Below, one piece after another: positions 13,711 to 28,430 of a stretch of 64,000 bases of DNA. The stretch is from the NCBI GenBank assembly GCA_964016885.1, contig OZ024741.1, forward strand, positions 178,188,001-178,252,000, in the 5' to 3' direction. A program made the position numbers and the translations under genes. Below the pieces are notes generated by a model. It searched no databases. It had not been told where the DNA came from and saw nothing but the letters and a program-made list of their open reading frames with translations. Numbering within the stretch: position 1 is the stretch's first letter; each line of letters starts with the position of its first letter. This DNA comes from Eledone cirrhosa. Taxonomy: Eukaryota.

Positions 13711-14677
13711 ATGTCTAACTCAGCAAATCAAGAAGCACGCTGTAATTGTTGCCTTTAATGCAGAGCAAAGATATTTAAGGGTTGCCCACTTCCATGGTCG
13801 TTTATACTCAAGGATGACTAAGAGCTGGAAGCCACTGAAGTGAATTCTATAGCAGCTACTAAAACACCTACTAAGGGACCCATTTCCATCAAAACACCCA
13901 CATTCTTACGAAAGGTGCAACTCATTTACGATAAGAACACCAGAAAGGCAATTAGAGCTATTGTTAAGGAGTCAAAGATTTCAAGTCACACTATCGAAAT
14001 AATTGTGTGTGAGGACCTTCGATATGTGATGCAAAGAGGCCAAAACTATCTGATCCGCGCCAAGCACTTTTTGGGCAAGTTGAAACATCAAGAGCCTGGA
14101 ATGCTATGGTTTTTCGTTGATGAGAAAACCTTTGATCATAACTAAAACGTCAACCATAGAAATAACAGATGGTTATGAAGAGACACTAAAGACGTTCCAA
14201 CAGTCACGTACACAAGGTTTCCGGCAACTGTAATGGGAGACATGATGCCTGCACGCTTCTCTCCTCTGGGCGTAAGGTTCAATGCTGCTAACTAAAAGTG
14301 GCTGCTGAAAAGGGTTTTTTGACGTTGGATAGAGAACGCGAGCAATGAAAGACCGCACATCTTCTAACCCAATTCTGCACTGTCTCATAAGGCCATGGAT
14401 TTATGGATTCCAATCTCCACAATCACGACAACCTAAATATATGGCCTCCTACCTCTTTACATCTCGATTCTTTGGACTATTGCGTTTGGGGCATAGTCGA
14501 GAGGAAAATCAATCAATGCTCCATAAAACTAAAAAAGCTCTAAAGTCCGACGTTACTAGCACACTATCCAAAGTAGATAAATATCATTTTAATCAGGCAT
14601 GTCAACGGTTCAAACCCGCTATTGAAGCAGTCATCTATGGTAACAGTGGATTGATTGCAGCAATGCTTCATGGGTAG
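13711..14677 (+). pseudogene. Tc1/mariner (maT/DD37D-like) transposase relic
   Basis: WFFVDEKTF, NHRNNRWL, TRFPATVM, WPP(T)S..LDYCVWGIVE and ACQRFKPAIEAVI occur in order across frameshifts and stops. Confidence 0.8.
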
Positions 14678-16244
14678 ATTGAAGATTATTCGTGCTAATT
14701 AAAGCTCTTCTCTTCTATTCGTGCTAAATAAAGCTCTTCTTTTCATTCTTAACATATGCATCTTTTACTCTTTTTATAAAAGTGTCTCCAAAGAACTGAG
14801 CAATCAAATATGTGATGTATGGCATCCAGTGTACACATTATTGCTTTTGTGCTTCTTGTACTTCTAATTACAAAACGACGCGGTGATGCAACTGGTCTCT
14901 GTATCATGGAAACTTGGATCAGCTAAAAGGTAACGTTTGTACCATCTCTGACAATTGGGTCATACTACACTTTACAGCTTCCCCTTCACTTTCTCTTTGC
15001 TAACGCACCAAGGAAGAATACTCTCAAATGTCTCTGACTACAATAACTCTACCACGTGTACATTTTCCCTGGATCATTTATCGTATGCAGCTTGTGTCTA
15101 CGCTGTCAGCAGAAAAGATTATTTCTGTCTCAACGGCCTTCGGGGTTCATTAAAAAAAAAATTGATTTTTCTTGAAATAACCACATCGGCTCTATATCAT
15201 GTTCAACGTCTGCCGTGATCACCCACCCATAGTGCGAAACCAAAGCGACAGAATGCTTGACGACATTTGCCTGGCCGATGTCTTTGTTTGTCAACGTTGT
15301 GTTTCAGTGAAACAGCTTTGTAGTAAAATCTATGAGTGAATGTGTCTTACAATTTCAGTTGGTCACCTTACTTTACATTTGGTTCTAAATACTAAAGAGA
15401 TATTCACGGTTATCTTCCAAATAGCTTAGATATTTTCAACAAGAAAGGCGAGACGTTCTCGGTAGTCATAATTCTGCCATACAGCTTACCTTTGCATAAT
15501 GTTCTGCGTTAGTTACTGTTGAGTCTGATCGGAAACGTAAGTTCATGTTTCCGTTTGCTATGTTCAATGTTTCAGCTGTTTCCACCATCCCAATTTTTCA
15601 GTCAAATTTCTTCGACATTTTTCTGTGCATCTTATAATTTTTATTTGCATATTTTGTTATTTAGTTCCAAATCATATATTTGTTCATTTTCATGACACTT
15701 TACTTTCTATTGAGTTGTTAGTATCTTCTCAGATCACTGTAGTCATCACGTTTTAGATTTGAAGCTTTTGAATTAATATTTCTTTTTCACGTTTAAGATC
15801 ATGATCGTCCGGAATTGTAAGCTATCGACTTAACGTTGCTTTTTTGAAGGCGTGATGCCTTTATGTACATGATTCCGTTGTCACATATTATAGCTTTGTA
15901 CTGTCTGTTGTGCTATATATCCTGTTGATGTTATATTTCAAAATGGAATCTGTATTAGGTTTTCTAGAATTCCCCGTATATCCACATCTGCACCTTTGTA
16001 GCGTAGAATATTGTGTTGTTTTTTTTTTATTTTTGGTATGGTTTCTGTCTCCAATATGTATAAATTTTATTTCTTTAGAATCCGAGTTAATTTTTTATGA
16101 CATGCTTTATAAATTACTACATTAACCATATTGTTTTGGCACTCACTATTCTTGCAAGATCAGTGACGCAATACCAGGCTCTGATTATTTATTGCTGAAA
16201 CTAATCATTCCTCCCTGTTATTATTTCCTCATTTTACTGGCTGG

Positions 16245-16450
16245 TGGACAGCAATGATCGTTAGTGCACTGAAAGAAAGGAATTGCAGTATTTCGTTTCG
16301 GTTCATAAGGTTCTGACTTCAAATCCTGCGGAGATTAATTTTGCTATTCACCCTTCCCATGTCGATAAAATAGAGTAGTGAGATCGATATAACCAGCTTG
16401 TCATTTCTTAACATTTGCTTTCCTTCTGATTATGATTCAAATTATTATTT
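16245..16450 (+). mobile_element. old degenerate tRNA-SINE copy (similar relics near 11630, 12830, 22290, 23150, 26960, 27230, 54780)
   Basis: GTTCTGACTTCAAATCCTGCGGAGATTAATTTTGCTATTCACCCTT..GTCGATAAAATA resembles the SINE body. Confidence 0.6.
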
Positions 16451-18194
16451 TCCTATTTTCGTTTTTTCTTCACAGTAGTCAACCCGACTGCCGAGCGAAT
16501 GCTTTCGTTGTTTATGTGCTATCGGTAAGAGATGCCCATGATTTTATCTAGCATCTCATAATGCTTTTATAACTCATACTATTCGACTCTGATAAAGTCC
16601 TGTGTGATTCACGTCTCATATTTAACTTAACTACTCATCTCGAGTTGCTGTTCAATTATTTGTTTTCATCTGAAAGGTTCATTCTTAAATTATTTCCGTG
16701 CTTATATTTTGACTACAAATATTTTAGAAATGGAATTTTCATGATAGCTAGCACGCAGAATATTAGATCTACAATACTTAAAATATTCTAATAATTAATT
16801 ATGACTCGTATACTTGGTATGCTAGAATATTTTTTAGTTTGACTGCATCTCATATTCTTGCGGCTAAATCTGGAAAAAAACTTAATTTAAGTGTTTTCTG
16901 TGTATTATCAATAGCAGATGGTTCTGTTCTAAATAAATTACATGGATATGGTATTTAAATGAAAGTTGACTTGTTTAATTCTGACGCTTTCTTTTGAGAG
17001 ATCTTGCTGTGAATTTAATTCCTGTAGTCTTTTCTCCATACGTGAGGTAGACAGATGTAATCCTGAGTGTATATGTAGGAAAACATTAAAATTATCACGA
17101 AGACTATCTATATAAACAATACTAACAACAATTGTCTAACGATACATTTCAATTAATCTAATTTATTGCGGCACATATATTGTTTCTCAATAGAACAATA
17201 CCTATTTCGAACCAACCATTGAATTAACAAGCAGGATATTTAGAAAACAAGTATTCTTATTGACATATCTTTCTTTAGAGGAACTACTTTCCTTTGAATC
17301 GCCGCCACATATCTCTGTATTCTCTCGGTTAATTTGATTTAGTTTTTAAATTTCTTCTTGTTATATTTCTTCTTATTGAAATTTCTAATTTTTAATGTAG
17401 CCGTGGGCGTTGTTATCTTAAAACCGTGCATCAGAAATCGTTTTAGTAATATTTATTTAACATCTTTAAACTCGTGGAAGTTATAAATGCATTTATCGCC
17501 ATGTAGAATATGTGCAACGCAAGGTGTTGTATGCTGATCTCTTTCGATCTTTCGATGCTAATTATATTTCGAACGTGTTGTGTGTGGTATTGTTGATATG
17601 ATATGGAGTAGCAATAATGCAAGTGTATATGCTGCGTCATTCTACAGGACGGTTCTAGTGTAAAGTAGTTTAAACTACACGACCCATCATTTGTATGTAT
17701 GTATATGCGATAACTCCACGTTAACATCGTGTTTAAAGTTTAAAATTGGTTTCAACCAGCATATTAAATGTATCCATGCGATAACATTCATAACACCCTT
17801 GATGTAATTATGTTACTGTGGCGTTTAAATTCGTGATTGCAGAATCATACATCTTCAATGGATTATGTTAGAAGACATATGATAACGCTGAGTATTGCTA
17901 TCATGTAATTTACTCACCGGCTGCCACAATTCAAGAATGCAATAGAAACCTAAAAAATTATGAATTCCCCGCTCTTCGTCTATAAAGTTAATTACAAATC
18001 GACAACAGGCAATGATCTGACAAAATTGAAAACAATGTTAACTTATCTTGGCATAATTGTATTATACTTTTCTGTGTAACCACTATAAGTGAAATTGAAA
18101 ACAATATTCTAAGAAATAATTGACTTTGTAAAAATATATATAGAATTTTTTTTTTTTCCATGAAATAAGTATACACTATTTAAAAGATAGTACT

Positions 18195-18440
18195 ATGTCG
18201 GTTACGGAGACGAGTGTTCCGGTCGCTGAGATCAACGGAAAAGCCTCGCCGTGAAATAAATATGCACGTAACTGAGCATTCCACAGACAACTGTATTCTT
18301 TACGTGACAAGGGTTAGTGATAGCGTTAGACTGGCACTTCGAATTGCAGATACAATTCATTTTTGCCAGCTAAGTGGACTGGAGCAACGTGAAATAAATT
18401 GTCTTGCTCAAGGCCACAACATGCCACCGGGAATCGACAT
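18195..18440 (-). mobile_element. CORE-type SINE fragment
   Basis: Reverse complement contains TCGATTCCCGG (B-box-like), then GTTGTGGCCTTGAGCAAGACAATTTATTTCACGTTGCTCCAGTCCACTTAGCTG, which resembles the CORE domain. Confidence 0.7.
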
Positions 18441-19855
18441 ACGAAATTACATCTATTTTTCTTTTTTATACAACCGTTAGAGTTTTCTGAATCAAAAAGA
18501 ACACGAACTCGCCTTTCTAAGACAGACACTGGAATAATTGATAGTGCTCAGAGTTTCCCTTTGAGCAATCTCAATGACTATAGGAGGAATTGAATTTACT
18601 TGTAGATAACTGAATAATCATCAAATACGTAGTACAACCGGTGCCACCTGAGGTGCTTGTGCCTCTTCTTTCTGCCACTTTACTATTGATTATATTATAC
18701 TTGTGGCACAGCAAAGTATCTGGAACATCCAACCTCTCGGGCAGCATTTCCCATATTCTTTTGTTCCAGCTAATTATGAATTCCTTAAAGTAATATTCTT
18801 CAACGTTATGTGAAGCGCACAAGCTTTTGCATTTCTAACGTTCCTTGTAAGTGAAACGGGATTTCTGAATATGAAATTATAAGATGGACCGATGTGGGAT
18901 TTTGGAGGTAGAACGCGTGTTCTGATTTAAAAGATTCTTAGGAATAAGAATTTGTATAATTTCCTTTGAAATATATCGTGTATTCCGAATTATGTATGCA
19001 TGGGTAGGATTTTCCGTTAGTTCTGTTAATTGAGTTCTCCAGCAGTATTGAACAACAGGGACTATAATTAATCCTTTTCCTTATCATTTCCAGTTTATTC
19101 TTCAAACAATAGAGTTAATTATTGCCCCATTCATCATTCATTGGCCATTACTATTCTTTACGATTCTAAATGATTCTACTGATCAGGAAATCATTACCTG
19201 GAGAATAGAATTGCTTTGAGTAACACTATGATCTTCAGCTCTAAATGCAATGAATTTCGAACCTTTTAGATTCTGTGATTCCCACTTTGACTTAGAGAAT
19301 ACACCATCGACGATGTTTTGCTGAATACATAATTAAATATAAAGCACAAAAGTAAAGTTTATTTTAAATCTATATTGTAGGATAAGAAAGCCGTTTAGGA
19401 TTAAAACGATAATACTTACCAGCTAAATAATCAGCGTAATCTATGTGGAATGGTTTCAGAGATATTATATGGATATAGTAAACTCGACTTGCTGATGGTT
19501 AACTCATCCAAATAATTATTATCCACAAACTGAACTGATATATTTCGATAAAATATTATCTCTCGAAGAGAAAATAATATAAGACCAAAGAATCTATAAG
19601 ATGACGGAAAAATATAACTGTTCGCTTTCAGACTGAATGACATACTCAATTATATGTGGCGCCTTTTTGTAAACGATTTCAATTTGGGATGGATGTCGAT
19701 TATTTTAAGGTTGCATTCTTTGTGGGTTCGGATTTTTGGGGGTTGAACATTTTAATGAATATCTTTGCCGTCATCGGTTTTGTCGTATCAGATTTTATCA
19801 TCATGCATGCTAAAGAGAAAACGATTCTTCATGTTAACACATTGGGAAAACATGC

Positions 19856-19986
19856 TCACACACTTACACACACACATACAGACAAACACACACACACACA
19901 CATACACACACACACTGACACACACACAAGCACACAAACACACACACACACAAACGCACACTCACACACTCAGACACAAACACACA

Positions 19987-20075
<89 letters not shown>
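19856..20075. repeat. (AC)n compound microsatellite; other long tracts at 4012-4093, 8701-8815, 10144-10207, 23638-23692, 29419-29499, 37756-37870, 44606-44874, 45945-46163, 48938-49016, 51243-51319
   Basis: Directly visible dinucleotide runs; they explain the HTHT, YIYI and CVCV pseudo-ORFs. Confidence 0.99.
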
Positions 20076-20076
<1 letters not shown>

Positions 20077-20108
20077 TATATACATATATATATAAATATA
20101 AATATATA

Positions 20109-20271
20109 CGTGTGTATAATGGTAGCTATAGTGCTTCCATAGGCGAGATTGTTAAGAAAATTTGCTACGAACGAATTGCATGTGTCCGAAGGAACCTGCA
20201 GCCGTATAATCAGCCAGATCCATACAGTGATCATGTCTCGATCTACCTACCGGCGAAACAATTGTAACACG
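20109..20271 (+). ncRNA. degenerate hammerhead with a long stem II region
   Basis: The 3' half is canonical: CGAA-ACAATTGT-A-ACACG then CAATAAA. On the 5' side CGTGT pairs with ACACG and GGTAG pairs with CTACC, but the CUGANGA half-core is eroded (GTATAAT). Confidence 0.45.
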
Positions 20272-20354
20272 CAATAAACTGAGTCCAGATGCATCACTGA
20301 CTTTTCGTTTTTTTTAATACTATATATAAATATATATATAAATATACATATATA

Positions 20355-20945
20355 TATATCAACTAGAAATAGATTGACACATAGATATATATATTAAATA
20401 TACAGATGAAACAATCTCAGGGAATAATTTGTAAAGTGTGTAAGCACAGATAGCTAGGTAGGTAACCAATTAAAGTTTAACTAGAACTTCAAATATAGAT
20501 ACCTTTTAAAATGTTTAATCTCCTTTGCATATATTTCTTTAAATAAGAAATATATTTCACCAATTAATCCGTAAATCACAGCAGTCAAATCCTCGATGGT
20601 CACCAAAGGAGAAGATCCAACCATCTGTGTTTACACAGCAAATGCAAATCTATGAATGACTCGAACCACGTGTTGCATTTTATAAACAGTACAGACCTCG
20701 CATTTTAAAAGGTATCTATTTGAAATTCTAGTTAAAATTTAATTGGTTAGCTACCTAGCTATGTGTGCTTACAAACTTTACAAAGTATTCCCTGAGATTG
20801 TTTCATGTGTTTAATTAATATATAAATGTGTCAATCTATTTCTAGTTGATATAAAATGCTCGGAACTATTCTTTGAGCTTATTCTGCAGTGAATATGTCG
20901 CATGTCTCTCAGACATGACAACCTTACCGTAATTTAATTTTGGAT
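20355..20945. repeat. fold-back element: ~155-bp inverted arms (20355-20513 / 20701-20853) plus a tail, between (AT)n tracts
   Basis: Arms are reverse complements with mismatches. The tail ATAAAATGCTCGGAACTATTCTTTGAG resembles 49502 and 49882. Confidence 0.9.
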
Positions 20946-23632
20946 ATATATATATATATATATATTACATTTGAGTTGCTGCTTCCCGGGGAAGAGTCCA
21001 ACTCATGGGGCTGTGTTTCTGATTACAGTAAGTAAGGATGAATTTTTGAGGCCCTGGATATCAGATGTTTGCAAATATAAACCTAGCAGAGAGCGGCACG
21101 TAATTTGTCTACTTCTGATCTTCAACGTGTCAGTCAACGAACTTGGGACGTAAGCTGAACTGACCAGGTAGCCATTTAGAAAGTGTCGTTGAAATTTGAA
21201 TCTCAGAGCAGGGAACTTCTGCATAGAAGGAGACTTTAGAAGGAATGTCTATATGCAATATCCCCAGTTAGAAAAGCAAAATTCCGATGATAAGGGATTA
21301 TATCAGCTTGTAGTTTCGGAGAAAATTATGTGCAGCCGTTAATTCTGAAGAACCGAATACTTGATAGCTGTGTTAGTAAATCAAACAACACGAGGATTGC
21401 TGAGAAACCGGAGATTGAACATTTTTCCATGAGAGGTTTTATCGATCATGAGATTGGTATAATGGTTTTCGTTTAATGACTGACTTGCATGTAAATGATC
21501 AAAGTCATTTTTCTATCCAGATATATGCTACGTTCTCTATATTCTTGTAGGAGTTGACAATGTTCTTTTCCGTTTGTGATATTGACAATATCTGAGAACG
21601 GGAAGAAGTTTCAGTGTGTGAGTAAATGCAAATTTCTCAATTTTAAAATTGATTCGACCAAGTGACAATGTAATGTGATTCTTTATGTTTGATAACATTT
21701 CATTATTACCTTATTATCAAACCCATATTCGAAAATATGTTGAAGGGACTCGAAGCGGAATTATAGTAAACGGAATGATGTGACATTTATGCATATTACG
21801 ACATGTTGTGGTGTGTAGGAACAGAGGATGGGTGTTTCATTTGTATAATACGGAAATAATATATTGGTGAATTTTGGATGCTGCAGGGAATTGCCACAAT
21901 CATTAAGACGAAGTGCACAATGTTTTGGAGTATTTGTCCGGTCTCTTTGCGCAATCTGAGATAACATTCCGTTATTGACAATGATCTTTTTGTATTTCAT
22001 CATTTCGAAGTTGGTAGAAACATTTAACATATAGAAATTGTGTCAATTCTTCCTCCACTCCTCTTCTCCTGCGACTCGATCACAAGATAGGGGTCCATAC
22101 ATTTAAATATACTAATATAGGTTATATTGGTTATAGATTCAATCGAGTTGTAAAAATAACCATTATAAAATAACCATTATAAAATGAAAAGAGCCCGTAA
22201 GTTTCGAAGTGTAGGTGTGCCGACAGCGCACATGGTGTGTCATGGGCCTTTTAACTTTGAGGAATCTTATCCCTCTCTACATCGGAACAAAGCTGAGAGA
22301 AGACGAATAATCCTCAGCAGGATTTGAACTCAGAAATGTGGAATACGTAAACAAATACTGAGGGTATTTTTGACCCATCACTCTAACAACTTTGCCAATT
22401 CGAGACCAAAATATAACTGAACATAATGTATAGTAAAGTAATAAATTTAAACCATACGACCACTGCATATAAAGGATAGAAGTATTTGTCGTTGACAGAT
22501 GCAATTAAGAATCGGTATCAAAATCAGAAATTTATGTGGCTTGTTTTTGTTGAATTTGGCCAAAGGATATTTAGAAGTGCTGACATAATATATACATACC
22601 GTTGGAAGCGTTCTGTCAAATATTGAACTGATGGTTTCGGTGTGAACATGAAATGTCCTGAGATGAAATACGTGATTTGGGAAGCGTCTGAAAGCAGCAT
22701 CAGAGGAAAATGACATTTATATTGAGTATTTCATATAGGGAGATCGACGAGTGATAGTATAGACTCTAGGAATAGGTTAATAGATGGTTGAATGATTTAT
22801 TCCTGATCATCTTTGCATACCAAATTTGTGAGCAGGGTACGATTTTCTGAGGAAATTCTGAATATTATGTATGAGAACTAGAAACTGTTGAAGAGGAATT
22901 TAATATCCAGGTATATGAATGCACAGGACCAAGCAGTTATTGTATTGGAAGCACGAACATAAGTTTGTGGGTGTGAGTACTGAATCGGGGAATGCGTTGT
23001 GATTTTCAGGAACACAACTCATTCCACATGCTTTTCACAATAAAACTAATGCCCATAGCCAAAACACGCGAAAAATTCCTGAGATATATCATTATAATTC
23101 GTGGATCCTCCTTACCATCCTGGTGAGGTTCTTTTTCCATTAGCCGCTTATGGACTTACTGAGTTCAAATCTCACCGATGTTAGCTTTGACTTTCATCCT
23201 TACGGGGACGATAACCTAATGCACAAGTAATTCACTGGAGTCGATTAAATCGACTTCTCCTCCTCTCCCCTCCTCCGAAATTGTTGGGTTCATGCCTATA
23301 GTAAAAACAATTATGTGTAATAATGTAGAATAATTGATTTTGCGTGAGTAAATAAATACTCAACGAAACATTTTGATGGTAACAGAAATGTTACCTTTGG
23401 GTAAATATATTCATATTCATGGTGTGGGATATTCGAGATTTATTCTTCTCATTCATTTCATCTCCATAGACATTCATCATACTAACATAATTAGACGTAG
23501 AGCATTCTCAATGAATACATCGATTAAACGAATTCAGATGTACTGTTTTCATTTGACTAGTTAATAGTACGAGTGTACGTATGTGCGGGGGTGCCTATAT
23601 ATACATAAATGTATGTATACTTCTGCTTGATG

Positions 23633-23698
<66 letters not shown>

Positions 23699-26600
23699 CA
23701 TATATGTATGCTTGCGTTAGTATGAGTATGGGTGTGAATAGCTTCTCTATCTGCCCGTGTATGTGTGTGATGCAGTACTTTAAATCACCAACTAAATTGC
23801 ATTAGCCATCTTGCATACTAATTACTTTTGAAAAAAAAATCGTTTTGAAGCAACACAATCTCCGTCGTGAATAACCAATATATTATTTGATTATTTCACC
23901 ATTAGTGAAGTTATATTTGTATTTGAATCCTTCCGGCGTTAGTTTCCATTTCTATTTGTGTGAGTGCGCGTGCTTGTACGTGTTCACGTGCCCGCCTTTT
24001 GTTTGAATGTTTACAAAATTTAGGTTGAAAATCATCTCCATGAGTACTATCATTAGTTTAATCAACTACCGCCACCCTATAGAATTGCTGACCCTATGCC
24101 TCAATTAGAAATCATCATTGCGAGTACTGTAACAAACTTAAAACTTGGCGGGGATGGGGGGGGGGGGTGCCTCCGTCAAATACTTGCAAATATCAAATGC
24201 CTATCAGGGCACCAGGCTTTAAAAAAGATAGATTGATATCCGTAAAAAACATGGGTTGGATGCAATGCTTGTGATTATAGGTCTTATCAGGTCTTATTTG
24301 ATTTTAATCAACTACCACAATAGTGAGATATTTTACTACGAACATATGAAGCTGTAGCTGGTGTTCTTTTTTCTATCATATCCTAATAATTTACATATGA
24401 AATATTAAAGAAATATAATTTGATATCTTTCTAATTATATTCCTATTCGCCAGCGGAGCATTGAAACAGTCTATATAACACAACTTCGAATGAAATTATA
24501 AATCCAAATGCAAATTTAAACGATATAATAAAATAGATATCAAATAATACTAGACTAGGCAGACGGAATATGTTTGAATTTAATAATTATTTTATAGCTG
24601 TGTCAGCTATGGAATACATTGTACGCAGCAATATAAAATCTATCGTATTTCCTTTCCCAGAAGGTTTGCCTTTATCTTTAATTTCTCTAGAATTGTTCAA
24701 ATAAATAGCAGTCATGCCCTTGAGTTGATTTAATCGATTACAAAGACGCTGTGACAATAAAAAATCATCATATATTCACATTCTTATTTTATATTTTATA
24801 CATACATAACGTTTCTATGTCCTATATGTATTCTCAGTGAAACTTCATTATATTTTCTTTTCTCTACTCACAAACTAATACTATCTCTCATTTCTATCTC
24901 ACAGGAAATGAGTGCTATGAAGCCCAATGGAAAAGCTCACCAGTTTTCATATATGTGGAAACGGAAAATGAGATGTGATTGTTTTCTTTTGATATGCATG
25001 CATGCAACAAGACGTTCTTTTTCTCTTTGCTTGATATAAAAAAAGATACGTGATTGTAGAAAAAGACCAAGTGTGCGGCAAGCTTCAAAGACTAAGATGT
25101 AATGCATAGAAATCGTCATTCAAATCTCAGTTAAATCTACATCTACGTTTCCAGTACTTTTATAGAAAAAGTGTCATAGCTTCGCATTGCCATTGCTCGA
25201 AAATTATAAATGCTTCTAGGGATGTTGAATTGTACGTTGCTAATGAAAAGTATAGGATTCTATTTATAGTGAAATGATAGGAGTCCTTTAATCTGATTTG
25301 GCGTCTTTTAAATTGAAATAGTATTACAGTGGATTTGTTTGTTACATTTATGAGGGTGCTAAAATTATTACATTCGTTACAATTAAATCGATACTACGTA
25401 TCTCATAAAATATCTGGCCTTTAGCCATATTAGACAGAATCTATTATTCATAGACAACGCGTAGTAAAATATATAAAATATTAAATGCATCTTGATCCAA
25501 CTGAAACATGTTAAAACAAAATGTTCATCTATTCTATCAAGGATGAATAAATATGGTGTAGATATTTCCCTCTCAAAGTTGATCTCATAAGGGAATTATA
25601 ATAATACCACGTTGACCTAGCATATATGATAGAACAAAGAACTAAACTTTTTACAGTCTTATGCTAGTTAAAATCTCACTTCATTTCGTTCATAATCTGA
25701 GTTACATAAACCGAAAATCGTAAATATATTGAGGTATATGCATCCAACAATTACATGGAGGTCTTTCACAAGTAACATACAACTTCAATAAGGAACACAC
25801 TACATGTATAGACTTTACATTAGCTAATGGGAATTTTGGATTTAAGTGTTCTGGTAATGAACACATCAGAAACATGTTGTAAAATTCATATATTTCTTTC
25901 TGTAATTCCAACCAGTTTTGATTCAGCCAGGTGAAAATATCATAGCTATAGTAACAAGATAAATGGATGATTGAACAGATATTGAAATGATTGTAATATA
26001 TAAATAAAAATACATTTTCTTCAGCATTAAAAAAAATGATCTGTCGCTATATTCGGAAATGAAAGTAACTCACCAACTAATGAGTTTATAAACAAAAAAA
26101 ATCATCAAGATATTTATTGCATCAAATTCTCTTTAATGGTAAAGCCATAGAATTAATCAAAACTTTGTCTTCTCTTAAATTTTGTTCTTCTTTTTCAATT
26201 TTCTAAATTTGAAGTATTGCCATTAAAACTAAAATCGTTTAAAACTGTTTGTTTCGTTGCTAAATTGATTGGAAGCAGCTTTTACGTTGGGAAATAAATT
26301 TTCGGAACGAAAGTCTTGATGAAGACTCCTTTTAAGTAATTACTAACTAATAATTAGATCAGTTAAAAAGATGTCTTTCTTAAATCTCTTGTAAAATAAT
26401 GAAAATAAAATTACCAACTAAATAATCTCAAAGTTGGAAACATATATGTTTAAGAAAAGCTAATTCAGTTAAAGAAAATGTAAGGGAAACGCGATAAATT
26501 TAAGAGCATTGCTAAATAATCTTACTAAAATATTATTATAAAACGAGATTGCTGGAACTAACATTATTACTAAGTGCTATTAATAAAGGGTTCTTGTAAC

Positions 26601-27823
26601 CTAGGATACAATTGTACATGGATGCAATTGTGTCCCACTGTCAGCAAATCAGCTGTATTTATTGCTTCACAGAATTCCTAATTGAATATGGATCTTTCAT
26701 TGTATGAAATAGTTGTTGCTGTTGTTGTTAGCGGTGGATGTTTAATTTTTTTATCAGAATATGAAAACAACATTGCTATTATGAGAATTTTACTTGACTC
26801 AAATTAAACTCTTACAGTTAATCACAATACAAATTATATTTCTTAGCAAGATAATTTCTTTTGACCTGTAGCAATGCGAATATTGATCGCAGTATGAAAC
26901 GATTTCATAGACACCGCTAGGAAATTTGCTAGAAGCATTAAGCATGATAATTTCTAATTTATGAACAAGGCCAACAATTAAAGGCTAGCAGAAAGTCGAT
27001 TATGTTGAACGCAATACTTGGCTGGTACTTTATTTTATATATTCCTGAAGGAAAGAAGGTGAAGCTGAATTCGATGGGATATGAAATGTGAACGTATAGA
27101 GCTGTAACAAAATACCGCAAATCATTTTGCCAACCCAACGCATTACCACAACTTACAGATTTTTGACAAAAGGCCAGCAAAAGCAAAGTGCGTTTTTTTT
27201 TGTTGTGGTAAGTTGAATAGATCGACATCAGCTCTTGGTTGGTACTTTATTTATCGACTTCCTGGAAGAAGGGCAACGTTGTGTTTCGTGGGATTTGAAC
27301 AGGGAACGTAACGAGCCGTTACTATTAAACAATTATAATAAATAACAACAACTATGGTTCTTTGTGTGATCACAAGACAAAACGCGGAAAGGACGATGAT
27401 TCAATTAGATTAAAACTCGGTATTTGACTGGCACATTGTTGAACATGCAAGGATGATGTATAATCGCATTTAACAAAATCACACGACCCGTTTAATTCCA
27501 CGCAGTATCGTGTCTGAAAATTTCATGATAATTGTATGTTCGTTAGAAAGAAGGATCATTGTTTTATATTAAATAATTACAAAACCAATTCATCAAAATC
27601 AGGATCATATATGGAGTAACACTATGCAGAAATAAATCAATTCATATATATAGAGCGAGATAATATAATAACAAACCAGAGCGAGTAATACACATATAAG
27701 TATATACATATTATATTTAGTGCCTATGTGTGTGTGTGTGTTTTAAAAGGTTATGCCTTTCCGAAAATCTTCCACCAAAATAAATCCAGTAATTATATAT
27801 ATATATATACATTTCTGTTTACC

Positions 27824-27886
<63 letters not shown>

Positions 27887-27894
27887 GATATATA

Positions 27895-28206
27895 GCGGCG
27901 ATGAATTAGTTTTGTGAGGTTTTTTATATGAAATCGTGTGTCGAAACAAATATCGTTATACTTGGGGAGGGTCATATTTGTGTAATATTGCCAGAATTAA
28001 TAACAGAACACATTCACTGTTTGGTTGGTTTTCGCTTCTCGCTGTCTTTTATATCGGTAATCCAACTTACTCGGTCCTCAATGTTGCTATTGACTGAGTT
28101 AGATTACCGATATAAAAGACAGCGAGAAGCGAAAACCAACCAAACAGTGAGTGTGTTCTGTTATTAATTCTGGCAATATTACACAAATATGACCCTCCCC
28201 AAGTAT

Positions 28207-28214
<8 letters not shown>
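27895..28214. repeat. fold-back copy of repeat family A (arms 27950-28068 / 28096-28214) between (AT)n tracts
   Basis: Near-perfect ~120-bp inverted repeat; the same sequence occurs unfolded at 45311-45625 and 48680-48940. Confidence 0.93.
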
Positions 28215-28264
<50 letters not shown>

Positions 28265-28310
28265 AAAGATTGAAGAATAACATGGTCGGCTGTACAAGAA
28301 GGATTTTATT

Positions 28311-28430
28311 TCTAGTATTAACAATTGTTTCATTGATCAGGTGAGTCTAAAGGCCGCTAATCACTCGAAGTTGCGTCACTCGACCTTAAATACAGTGTTT
28401 GCCTCTGATCAAATCATCGGAATACTGGAG
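28311..28430 (-). ncRNA. hammerhead ribozyme motif with extended stem II (one core substitution)
   Basis: Reverse complement: AGTATT-CCGATGA-T-TTGATCAG...CTGATCAA-T-GAA-ACAATTGT-T-AATACT, followed by AAATAAAA. Confidence 0.75.

Noticed and set aside
15330-23130. Faint LINE-like peptides at ~15330-15600, 18570-19300 and 22450-23130 (minus)
   Set aside because: Similarity is too weak to assign by eye; needs a translated HMM search.
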